Below, one piece after another: positions 40,257 to 53,987 of a DNA stretch of 64,000 bases; the first letter of the stretch is position 1, and each line of letters opens with the position of its first letter. The DNA is taken from positions 892,414-956,413 of the forward strand of contig RHPI01002090.1 in assembly GCA_009103225.1 (NCBI GenBank). The letters run 5' to 3'. A program made the translations under genes and the position numbers. The notes under the pieces are model-generated. The model was not told where the DNA came from, ran no database searches, and was given only the letters and a program-made list of their open reading frames with translations. Origin of the DNA: Chlorokybus atmophyticus (lineage: Eukaryota; Plantae; Mesostigma and Chlorokybus algae).

Positions 40257-40592
40257 CAAGTAAGGCTGGCCTAGCTTGTCCAAGCATCACCAGGCTGTCC
40301 GACTCTCAACCAGCCAGTCCAATTGCTGCTGCAAAGCACAATTGAACAGTACGACTGCGTCCACTAACCGCTCTGGGCCACCACCGCCGCGGCCGCCGCT
40401 GGCACCGCCGCCGCTGCAGAGAAATGCACGAGCTTGATAGCCGCGTGCAGCGATGTATGTGGAAAGGCAGCTTGATATCGGTGCTGTGACATGCGACGTC
40501 CAACCCTGGACACTTGGCGTGGTAAGCGGTGAGCCGTGGCGAGGTGTGGGTGTGGGTGTGGGTGTGGGTGGTGGTGGTGGTGGTGCGCTGCC

Positions 40593-42680
40593 ATGGGGGC
40601 TGCGATCAGCAGGCGGCGAGGCGACCGCCGTCGCCGCAGGTCGTCGCGCGGCGTGAGCGGCGATCAGGCGCAGCAGGCGGGCGGCACGGTCCCAGGGGGC
40701 AATAATAATGGTGCGACGCTGGCACAGGCTCAGCAGCTCCAGCTGCAGGTGCCTGGCTTGAGTATGATGACTCGTCTTCTCTTGACTTGTAGTGCTTGCA
40801 GTAGCTGCTCGTATATACTGAAACTGGTGCCCTTGCCCGCCCGCCTGGCCCGGCCGGCCTGCGAACGTTGCTGCAACGTAATTGCAGATTTCTGTTTTGA
40901 CCCGCAGCTCATGGCAAGCAATGTGCTGCGCTCCGCTGGCGTGACCCTAGTTGGTATCAATGGAGAGCGTTTGCAGGTTAGGAACGATCACGGCATGTAG
41001 TTTTGCGTTTGTGTTGTGCGTTTTCTACAAGGTTGATGCCTGTACAAACTCACCATCTTGCGTGCTTTCATGAAATAGTCTTGGACTTGCTAAGCGCTCT
41101 GTCCTTGCACAGCTGCCTCAGATGCCACAAGCTGAGATGCGGCGGACGTGCACCATACGCAACGAGGTCAATCTCAAAAAGAAAACATTGCGCATAGTGC
41201 GAGATGAGGGTGCACCAGACACTTGTCGGGTAGCATTCACACTAGACGCGGCTTGTCCTTGCAGGTGCATTCCTGTGCTACGCGGAACGCACTCAACTTC
41301 CAACGACACGCAGCTAAACCAGTGTTTCTTGCAGGGTTTCGGTAATGTTTATGGCCATGGAGTCTTCTGCAGAATCAGATGCACCGGCAACGTACGTGTG
41401 CTTTCTCTTGTTACTCTAATTGACATGCAATCATACTCTGTCGCAACTGCAATACTGAAAGACGGTGCCTGCTTGCTGCCCAGCAGAATAACCCCTCGTG
41501 ACACATCAGCAACCAGTCCACCCATTCGCTATGAGGCAGGCCTTGGCCAGAGTTACATCCAACAGCCGTTGCATGGATTAAAGCTTTCTCAGCATACGGT
41601 GAGTTTCTGAAGGTATTCATCTGGTGGGTGTGCTGTTATGTATACAACCCTTTATACAGCATGGTGGTCGCAAGAGCACTGCTTGCATGTCTGCAGCTCT
41701 ACATGTTGCTGTTGCTGGTTTGCAGGAGGAGGAACTAACCTACAGTGGAGGCAATACATACCCTGTTGTGGTTCGGTTGGAAACTGAGGCAAGGGTACAA
41801 CTGCAACACTGAGCGTTTTCTTGGCTGGTTTGCCTCAATGTGGTTGATCAATGCCTCAGTTATGCAAATCCGCTTCACTTGACGCTCTGCTGCTGCAGGA
41901 AGCTGCAGGAACCAATGGCCAAAACCAGACCACATTTGCTACATTCGCTCGTAACGTAAGTGGTGCTTGCTGCCATTTGTGGCAATCCATGCCAGCAGCA
42001 CTGCTATGTTAGCTTGGATTTCTCCCGTTCCTGTGCGCATCGCCTCGTAACAGCTGTGGCCATGCTGCAGTCAGACGGAGACTGGGTGCTGAATACATTA
42101 AAGCAGAAAATCTGGATTGACAGTGTGACTTATGAGCTGCAAGAAATCTACGGAATAGAGCAGAATGGGGAACAGACCGAGCTGGATGGGCTGGACAGTG
42201 GCAAGGTGTGTGTCCAGTGCACCCTTGGAACACTCAACATGATGTCACTGATGCATACCCGTCCTCGCATGCTTCCAATCTGTAGGAGTGCGTCATTTGC
42301 CTCGCTGCGCCGCGCGATACTACTGTACTTCCTTGCCGGCACATGTGCATGTGTACAGACTGCGCACGCGCTTTGAGCTATCAGACCAACAAGTGCCCTA
42401 TCTGGTAAGTGCTATTATAATTGGGGGATGCAGAAAACACTTGTGCAATTGGTTGACGCTGCTCCCGTGCAGCCGCTGCATGGTGGAGCAGCTTTTGCAA
42501 ATAAAGAGCAGGAGGCCAGATGACGAGGTCAGCAACATGCAGAACAGAAGTGACGCAGGTTCCACAGCTCCGGCAACCGCTGGTGACGGTGGCTTGCAGC
42601 CTGTGCTTGGCTCTACTGAGAGTTCAAGATCCAAAATGCCAAGCATACCAGAGCCAGGTTTGGATGTCAAGCCCACGTGA
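40593..42680 (+). CDS. LOG2/LUL (MGRN1/RNF157-like) RING E3 ubiquitin ligase
   Basis: N-terminal MG (myristoylation-type), [35 protein letters not shown]3HC4 [36 protein letters not shown]. Confidence 0.92.
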
Positions 42681-44164
42681 GAGCGCTGTTAAGTACACAT
42701 TGTGCATAGGTATGATAGTGGATGCTATGGTATTGATTGGTGGTGTATCAACTTAATGTATCGTACTTGGGTTTGTCTTGGAGACTGACACCGACAGTCG
42801 CGCACATGATACTCACCGTCTCAAACATAGACCTGCGGCTGGTACAATTAGTCCAACGGCATTCTTTGAGAGAGAGACAAGACCAATGAGTATTCCGGTA
42901 TACAACCATAGCCCGTGAGGTGCAATGCTAGGTGTAGTTCAGAGGGTAGAGGGTGCCCACTTACAATCGCAAGAGAGGGCAGATCAATAGTGAATGAAAA
43001 CGTCATAATGCATGTGGGCGCACTTGCAGCCGAGTGGGCTTAATATTAATTGCCCCTATTGATTGTCTGCCCCCCTGCAGTACTACTCACTCTGCAATAG
43101 CTGCAGGCGTTTGCAAATATGATGTAATGACACATATCTGTACCCCTGTGCTAGGGTTAGTGGGCTTCTCTTAAGGGCCCGGGCCAGCCCATAGTTCTTG
43201 CTCTTGCTGTTGTTGCTTGCATACGTGCTTGTAACTGCTGTGCTCTTGTGTGATTTTACTGCTGCTGAATGTTCACACACTTGCTTGCTACTTGTCCATG
43301 TATACGGGGTGCTGCATTGCACATGCTGGCATATGCGCACTCGGTTGCTGCACATGCTACAGTCACATGCACACGCACAAAGCATTCACCATGATCATCA
43401 TATTTACACCACCACCGCCAGGCTATGTGCTCTACCTACTTAGCTACCCTCTACATGTACAGCCCCAAACAAGCACATAGTCAGTTAACATACCTGCGCA
43501 CATGGGCCATGTATGCAAAAACCAATTATAACATAAAGTGCACCACAATGCATGTGGCACTCGCTATTGCCGTGTGCTCGCACTATCCGCCCAATGTCGC
43601 GTCCTCCTCTGTCGTCAGCGATACCGGGTGCAGGCATCTCCAGCCGTCGGCTGGCAGCCGGGCATCACCTCCATCGCCGTTCCTCATTAGAGAATCTCTC
43701 TTGCCTGCGCTCGCTACAGTGTGCACGCCTTGCACTGTTGCAAGAGTGCGACGAAGCTGCTCAAACTACGCCTGGGCAGCGTTGAATCATACACGGCCTT
43801 GTGCGGGACATATTGAAGAGGGCGACGGCGGTAGGGATGGCATTGGGGATGGCGGCTGTGGCAACGCCACGATGCTAATCATGATAGTCATCTTAATTAA
43901 ATTAAAACGCCGTATCGAACTTGTTACATATGCTTAATGCACCCCTCCACCCTTGAGTACCCTTCCTCTCTATCACATTAACATGCAATCATTGGGTTAT
44001 CAGCGCTGCTACCACGTCTAACACACATGCACGCCGTTGTACGCTACACACCACATGCACGGGTACTACTCTACATGAATGATGCGTTTGCCTCAGTTGT
44101 TGAGGGACCTTGTGTCACCAGTGCATCGCTGTTGCAGTCGATGCTTTTCTCCATGAATGTTATG

Positions 44165-44530
44165 GCATGCGCGCTTTAGCGCGCAGCGTGCGCCTAGCTT
44201 ACAAGCTACACGCACCAAGTGCTTCAAGCATCGATGCTCCGCCCCTTGTACCGTTATGTGGCGGGCGCACAGACGGAGAACATGCTGAGAGTGCTCCTCG
44301 AGCGTGCCGTGCATCTCCATTGCAAGGCGCCCTAAGCATCGATGTCGAACTTGATGCTTCTTGCTCCACAAGTGCCATGGCCTGCGCACGCTTCAGCACG
44401 CAACGTGCGCTTAGCTTGCAGGCTAGACGTAAGAAGTGCATCAAATATCGATGCTCCACCCCTCGTACCGTTATGGAACGCGCGCACAGACGGAGAACGT
44501 GCTGAAAGTATGAGCATGCCGTGCGTAGCA
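44165..44530. repeat. Diverged direct duplication (~150 bp units, ~215 bp period)
   Basis: Shared blocks, e.g. atcgatgctcc-ccc-tgtaccgttatg and cgcacagacggagaac-tgctga, occur at ~44230-44290 and ~44447-44506. Confidence 0.75.
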
Positions 44531-44851
44531 TGTATGAGCATGCCGTGCGTCCTCAACGCTAGCAAGTAAACAATGTCTCTGGGTTACCGTACTTGCGGCG
44601 TGTAACAAAGGGGGTTCCAACTGCTAGGCTATGATAGCAAAAGTTGTTACCATGAGGCATGTGACAAGTTATACCAAATCCGTTACATGGCTTTTGATTG
44701 CGTTGGCCGCACGTACCGTTAAGCCCACCCGCTCTCTACACGATGTGACAGTAACGCCAAGTATCATCTTTATATTGCGACTGGGTTTCGTTGCCACAAG
44801 TTCGAGGCCTTGCAACTCTCCTGCGCGGCATAAAACCAGACCGCTTGCGGC

Positions 44852-45877
44852 TGTAACGGAAAGGTACACCCAATCAGCACAAATCGACAGTAACAGCACC
44901 AAGTCCTTTATGGTCGAGTGGCTGTGACATTGGTCATTGGAGCTGGAAACCCGGGTACAACTTCTGCCTTGCACACAAATTCCGCGTTCGTTGTTTCTCG
45001 ATCCAGTAACATTGTAAATGGTCACTTCATACAGTCGAAGAGTCTGAGCAGCTTTCGTCGACTCATTTTGTCTTTGTTTTGACGCAATTTGACGCGCGGG
45101 TTCTGGATGCGTCGACATCGACTGTGGGTGATTGGACTTCGTGTGTCGATATCGTTTCGTGTGTTCGGTCTCTGTCAGTCGACGGCGACGTAGGTCTAAT
45201 TGTGATGGTCGCGAGCAGACCGATCCGCGATCGTTGATGACGACGGATGTACCACTGTTGGAAGCGTTTGCACTGCTTGGGCAGCATGATGCTGTTGGCG
45301 AACATTCAAATTGGGTGTGGCGTGCATAGCAGTCGGTGTGGTCTGGGAAATTTTACTGGCGGGAAACTATCGGCGGGAAAGCAAGACAAACCCTAACATG
45401 GGCAGCCATAGCCAACAGACGTCGACGACGACATAATGGCCGTATTAAATTCTGTCTAATTTTGTTTATATTGACATAACAGGTCGGATCGTCCTTCGAC
45501 GACAGCTAGAGCAGCTGCTGGGGCTCTCCGGCTGATTAAGTGCCATCATCGATGGGTCGCAACTTGCCTATATAACAGACGCGCCGACGTGCAGTAGGCG
45601 CGGCAGGACGCGACCTGCCTGTCGCAATGCGATATGTGAGGCCGGCAGTAACGCGCTCTGCGCGCGCGTTGACCGGTATGGGCCAAAATTAGCCGGTCCT
45701 TGGGCTGCGGGGCCGGTGATCGACTTTAACAAACCCCGGGATGATTCCCCAGCTGAGCATGGGCAGCTGCCGAGGACGTCAGCGTTCTTAAGGGGGGGGA
45801 TGTAACGGGAAGGTACGTTATAACCACAAATTGACAATAAAAGCACCAAGTCTTTTATCGTCGAGTGGGCTGTGACA
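44852..45877 (+). mobile_element. Miniature non-autonomous LTR retrotransposon (TRIM-like)
   Basis: Direct repeats 44852-44929 and 45801-45877, both TGTAACGG...TGTGACA. 5-bp TSD GCGGC on both sides. TGG-starting PBS-like site at 44931. Polypurine tract AAGGGGGGGGA abuts the 3' LTR. No coding capacity recognised. Confidence 0.85.
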
Positions 45878-47135
45878 GCGGCTCATAACAAAGCCAGCTT
45901 TGTAAGTGAACTCCTCGTCTTAAATCATGTCATGGGTGGCAGTGTGCGTCATAACCCACAGCGGAGCAATTGTGCGCCCCGATTGCATCGTCACCCCGCA
46001 CGTGCAGTGTAACACCTAGGCTGGTAACAAGATGCGACGATCAACGCATAGGTATCATGATACCCACCCACCTTGGGGAGTGCAACTCCCGCACAATATT
46101 GAGCTTCTGGGGATCGTATAATAAACAAAGCCCACATCCACTGTCACTCCAGGAGGGGAAGGGGGGGGGGCGGCACAAATATGGCATATTTTGCAGTGTT
46201 GGCCTATTGCGCTCACCATCGCCCAGACCTTTTATCATACGTTGATTACACCATCAGGGGCACAACAATGTCCAATGTTGCAACAACAGGCATACCTCCT
46301 ATCACAATTATATACATTATATAATATATATATATATATATATATTACATGCATGAAACAAATGAACGAACGTGGCACGCAGCGAGGCCCTTGCCCTATT
46401 TGCAATAAGCTATAGCACTACTCATTGCCAACCATAAGTGCGGGGGTATAAGGCTTGAAGCGGTAGCCATCGATATTATGTTACAAGTGGCCAGGCATCA
46501 CGTACAGCGCAATAAAGATTAAAAATGCTGGCGTACAGAGTGCATCACCCAATTATAGGAAATCGGTATAGAAACTCAATTGTGTATTTGGGGGAGGGAG
46601 AAAGCATTGCGTTATTAGTCACTTACATCCCTTGTCCGAGGACACCTTGCATAATGACATGCATTATAATGACCAAACATGCATGGTCTGACAGCATTGT
46701 GAACCCTCCATTTCGTACTTGAAGTTCACCTTTCTGCACATCAGTGCGAATAGTGATCACCCGCATATCACATCTTGTCTTTATCGCATGCTCAATACAG
46801 GCATAACCTTTACTTGGGTGCCGATTTCCCAATCTACTGCAACAACGTGACATCGAGCTTAGAACAACAAATTCAGGGCTTAGACAAGTTCTGATAGCCC
46901 ACTGGTCTCTCAAGGACGCAGCTGGAAGTAGTGAGGCACATTGCCACAATTTTGCCATTGTAATCAACCAGTGCTGTTCATTGCACACCTGCTAGACTGT
47001 GCTCAAAGTGCAACAGATCATCTTGCATGGTGCATGCTGAGCCTATATATAAACACCTTGCTGTTTGGGCAGTTCGGCACGGCACAAGATCATGCAAAGA
47101 ACTCAACTAGACTAGCAGCTTCAATGGAAGCACAC

Positions 47136-49164
<2,029 letters not shown>

Positions 49165-50744
49165 GATGATTGCAGACAGGGCAGTCAATCGCTCATCCCT
49201 CAATTGCGGCACACTCCCGGCACAGAGTCAGACACACAGAATGCTATAGAATAGTACATTAATACTACATTAACGCTTAATGTTACTGCTCCCTAATGGT
49301 TACGTCCTTCTGAGTCAGTACAGCCTACTGCTCTGCTCACTGTTCTCGCGCTGTGCCTACTCGCTCACGGACAAGCGGGAGTACGACGTTTGAGGGACGG
49401 ATGCTCGCCGTGGAAATGGTAGAGCTGCCCCTGGATGGCTCATCACACTGTGACAGCCGTACAGCTTGTGCCCTCGGCTCGCTAGCCGATGCGGGACGTT
49501 GCACGCGTTGCATGCCAGTGCGCGCTGATGAGCCATTCTGAACACGCAGGCAGCAGGGGGTAAAAGTGGATGCCGTGCTCCGGCTGGAAGTGACAGGCAA
49601 AAAACGAGACAACCTATGACTGCACCGCAATCATCAGCAGTCAGCACGAGCCTGGCTCGACACGAGGCCTGAAGTATCGTACCGCCCGAGATCTGAGGAT
49701 GCTGTACGGAGATACGGTCTCTGTCCACGATACATTGTGACCAACGTTAGACCGGCATCGCGTCGACCTAGCAGGGGCCTACCAGCCTATCGGAAAGCTC
49801 TATTTACGTTGTTTGATACGCGCAGATTGACAGGACCGTCCTGGTGATGCCTCCCCGCGAGGGGATGGCCCTCAGCTGCTTTTGGACGCTGCAGATCCAC
49901 TGGCGAATCCAGCAGCGAATCCAATGCACTCCATTTATGCACTTTTGAAAAGGATGCGGCGTGGCGAGGCTATCTTTTGTCTGCCATTAAGATTGACCAA
50001 TACCTTCTTGCATTGACGATATGCCAACTTGCGTATCCTTTTATGGCGCGCAGCTTTTCCGTTTCCTTTCCCTCGGTGTCTGTGTGGAATGATTGTACCT
50101 AGTACCAAGGACAGTGATGGGGCGTTAACTAGTAGACTACCAGTGGTTGTCGCTTCCAGTGACACAATCACACTAAACCTCAAAGGACCATTCAATGTCA
50201 ATGCGGAATCCACATTGACACATCGTGGATCACCAATGCTGCATTGGCAGTGCATGAATGGTGATTCACCAGGGGTGATTGACCGGGGGGCACTTTAAGA
50301 CTGCTAATTGAACGAGGTCAGGCTCACCAGTGTGTATCTCTGCTACAGGATGTCGTGTTTTCAGACAATGTAACGTTACAACACTTTGATTGTTGTGGCA
50401 TGCAATGCACATGCAAGGTACAGCTGAATCGACCTGGGTCATTGTAATGTATGCTTTGCAGTTGTCATGTTGCACATTATTCATCTCCCATTGCATTCAC
50501 ATGGCAATATGTGCGTTAATAGAAGTGGACACGCTTTGTCAATGAGGTTGTTACATAAGCATAGCATGGAAAGCTAAGTGACGCCCTTGGCGAACTATAT
50601 CAAGCAATAGCATCAACGATCATTACACGCATGAAGTTAGGTACCAACAATTAAGGTGGGAGCGGAGGCAAAAAAGTTGTAATATACAGAATAAGGTTGG
50701 CGAATACTTGTACGCTTGTTGTAATCCTTTGCTTAAAACATTTA

Positions 50745-51055
50745 TCTATGTATATATATATATATGTGTATACATGTGTATATAAATATACATGTGTGTA
50801 TATATATATATATTTATATATATGTTATAATATCTATATACATGTACATATATACATACCTTCGTGCACACACACACACATACACACACATGCATATACT
50901 TATACATGTATACATGTATATATACATGTATAATTATATATATGTATATATATGTTTATACATGTATATATATACATGCATATATGTATATACATATATA
51001 CATGTATATATATGTATGTGTGTGTGCGTGTGCGTGTGCGTGCGCGTGTATATGC
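50745..51055. repeat. Compound (TA)/(CA)/(TG) microsatellite, low complexity
   Basis: Alternating pyrimidine-purine runs: tatatatgtgtatacatg..., cacacaca, gtgtgcgtgtgc. Confidence 0.9.
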
Positions 51056-51308
51056 TGTTATAAGCATGCATGCTTGTATGATTGCTATTATTGCTGTGTA
51101 TACATGAGGTGCGTAACTACAATATGATACCTCAATTATACTATTTATTGTACGTTATTACTCATATTACAAAGCATAACGATTGTGCTTTTATTAACTG
51201 CTCATGTTTCACGTGCATGCACGTTATTAATATTTATGTTGGAATAGGTTGTCATACTTAACAGAATTATATACTTGTATAATATTTTATATGTGTCGTA
51301 GCTTAGTG

Positions 51309-51645
51309 TGTAACGGTGTGCTACCTCCATAGAGGTTCCCCGCCCTTGTTTAAGAGTAAATAAGGGTCCCAACGGGATTATACAGCCTATTAAGCCATAT
51401 TAGGGCCGTTAACCTATGTTAAGGCCTTAACTTAGTGTTACTTATCTGTAACACTGATATCGACATGAGACATGAGTCTCATGTCGATATCAGCCGCATG
51501 GCGGTGCTGCTAACGCAGCGGCCGCCATAGCCAGGGGATCTTCTGCTTCGGTGGTGGCCCTGGCGGCGGCGGTAGCGGCGTCATTGCTGGTGGCGGTGTT
51601 GGGGTAGGGGATTAAAGGGAGGAGGGAGCACAACCCCCCCTTTCA
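51309..51645 (+). repeat. 5' LTR (TG...CA, 337 bp)
   Basis: Matches 57870-58221 with roughly 15 substitutions (counted by eye) plus one indel block. Confidence 0.95.
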
Positions 51646-51646
51646 T

Positions 51647-51658
51647 TGGTATCGGAGC
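51647..51658 (+). promoter_or_regulatory. Primer-binding site for initiator tRNA-Met
   Basis: TGGTATCGGAGC one base after the LTR. The canonical iMet PBS is TGGTATCAGAGC. Confidence 0.9.
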
Positions 51659-52535
51659 GCGGGCGGCGAGGGGCCTGTGGGAGGGGCGGCGGCAGGCGGC
51701 AGCGACTGCGGCGGCAGGCGGCAGCACTGACCAGTGGCGGCAGGCGGCAGCGACTGCAGCGGCGGCGGCAGCTAGCAGCCGCTACCCACCAGGGTGGGTA
51801 GTGGCGGTTGTTAGCTAGTTGTTGTTGTTGTTGTTGTTGTTGTTATTGTAGTTATAGTTGATGCTGGTGCTTAGCCTAGCTTAGCCTAGTTTGCATGCCT
51901 TGCCCTGCCTTGCCTACCCAGGCTTGTTAGCTTGCTTGAAGGGGAGGCGGCCACTCAGGCAGCCCATCCCCCAAGCATTGCATGCCCAGCACATCACTTG
52001 TATCACATTATTGTGATAACATTACTGTAATTGTGCTTGTGTGCTTGCCACCACGTAAATATCGTGGTGGTGTCAAGGGTGTGAAAGTATTCACAAAACC
52101 CTTGTGAGGCAGTCCGGTGGCAACATTGGCTGCCGTTACCGCCAGTCAGTGCGGTGAGGGTTAGAGTCACTCCATGCGGCCGATATCGAATTCACAACTC
52201 ACAACTCGCTGATATCAGCCTATAGGGTTGATTCAACGAGATTCTGGCACTCTGTGTGTCAATTACAATTGTGGGTTGAGCTGAGTTGTACAAAGTGAGA
52301 ACTTTGACAAGTTGTAACTTGTGAACCGCCGCGTGGATTTGCGTGCGGTTTGTTTCAAAGTGAGTGTCTAGTTGAAAGGTGTGCGGAGAGCTCTTATTTG
52401 AGCTGAATACTCCACGTTAAGCACTTGAAACTTGACGAGACAAAATCTATAAATTTCGACACTTTTGCAGTGCACAACTTGTGTGTTTTGTACACTTGCA
52501 CACTTCTACTATTGACGGCTTGCATTCTTGGGCAG

Positions 52536-53987
52536 ATGTCTGACCCAGGAGGGGATGATGTGGAGAAGTCCACATCATATGAGCCATCGAGTGAAGAGGA
52601 AGTGAACTACTCTGACACGAGTGAAAGCTATAGACTTACTGACAGTGAGAAGGAAGGAGCTAAGCAAGACAGCAAAGCTTCTCCCAACCAATCTTCTCGA
52701 AGTGGACCAGCTGCAGTGGACACACAGAGTGTCATTGGCGGGGCCATTGAGAAGTATGCCTTAGAGCGTAAAGCTCTACTTGCTGCCCACCCTCAGTTTC
52801 GTCAGGAAACGTGGGATGCATGGGCGCAGACGGTTCGTAATGGCTATGAGACAGACTTCGCCACACTCCCTCGTGCAAGCAAGGAGATGGTGATCCGCAT
52901 GCTCGAGCATGAGCTGACGAACAACATCCCGCCGCTCGTGCGAGGTGATCCAAACGTGGCTGCTATTATGACAGTATATGATAAGCCTCTGCCTTACCAA
53001 TGCAAGCGAATGGCGTTTGAGGCTTTGGCCAACTTGGGAGTGGAAACCTCATTGCGTTGCAAGGATGTGTTCTGGTACTTGGGACTCAACTTGGAAGACA
53101 AGTTGGCTGGCCGAGTGCAGTTGACGGCACGCCTCGATGCTATGCAGGCTGAGTTGGTGGCGCTGTGCCAACAGGTGGCGAGTGCTACTTCAGCAGCTGG
53201 TACATCAGCGGGGCTGCCGGTTACAGCGCTGAACAAGCCTGAAAAGTTCAAGCCTGACGGCAGCGTCAGCATTCACGATTGGGTGGTCACTGTCGAGCAC
53301 TACTTGACGGCACTCAAGCGCCCGGTTAATGAGCACATTGCTGTTGCTGCGTTGCTCATGCTATCTTCTGCTCTTGCCGAATGGGCGAGGCAGATGGAAA
53401 ATGGTGCTGCTAAGCCAGTGGAGGCACTTTACCAGTGCCTGATGGAACGCTATGGTGGCATGGACCCGGCTACTCAGACTCGCAACAAGCTCAGCAAGTT
53501 GCGCCAGAATGGTCGGGCGGCCTCAGCATATCTGCAGAACTTGTTTCAGGCATTGGTGGGTCGTGCAAACAGCGGCCTCATGCCCATGGACAAGGCCGAG
53601 CAATTTTAGTTGTACAAGCGCGGATCGGATGCGCGTATACGTGATTAGCTGCAGTATAACACGGCAACGGGACTTCCTTGGGTTCCAGAGGACTTGGCCA
53701 AGCTGCAGAAGCTGAGCGTGTACCTGTACAACGATGACACGGCGGTGCAAAACAAGTCACATGTGGCAGTTTTGGCCAAGCCGCCGGGGGTGGGAGGAAA
53801 GCGTTTCTCTCATCCGAGTGCACACCTGGCAAAGAAGGCGAAGACATTTGGTGCTTCTACCAGTGGCGCACCTGCTGGTGGTGCCATGCCTGCTGCTGCT
53901 CGCACCTGTTACGTCTGTCATCAGCCTGGCCACATTGCAAGGAACTGCCCAACCAAGGGGAAGGGCAAGGCCAAGAAGGTTGAATAG
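52536..53987 (+). pseudogene. gag: gag (frameshifted) with CCHC zinc knuckle
   Basis: KPEKFKPDG..DWVVTVEHY, KLRQNG..AYLQ. A frameshift near 53.6 kb precedes CYVCHQPGHIARNC. Confidence 0.85.

Noticed and set aside
44601-44666. Another TGTAAC...TGTGACA segment
   Set aside because: No TSD and no similarity to the mini-element LTRs.
49935-50298. Overlapping ORFs with a KGPFNV (GPY/F-like) peptide
   Set aside because: A single short motif is insufficient to call an integrase remnant.
50697-51127. Tyr/Ile/Val/His-rich ORFs
   Set aside because: Translations of the TA/CA microsatellite.
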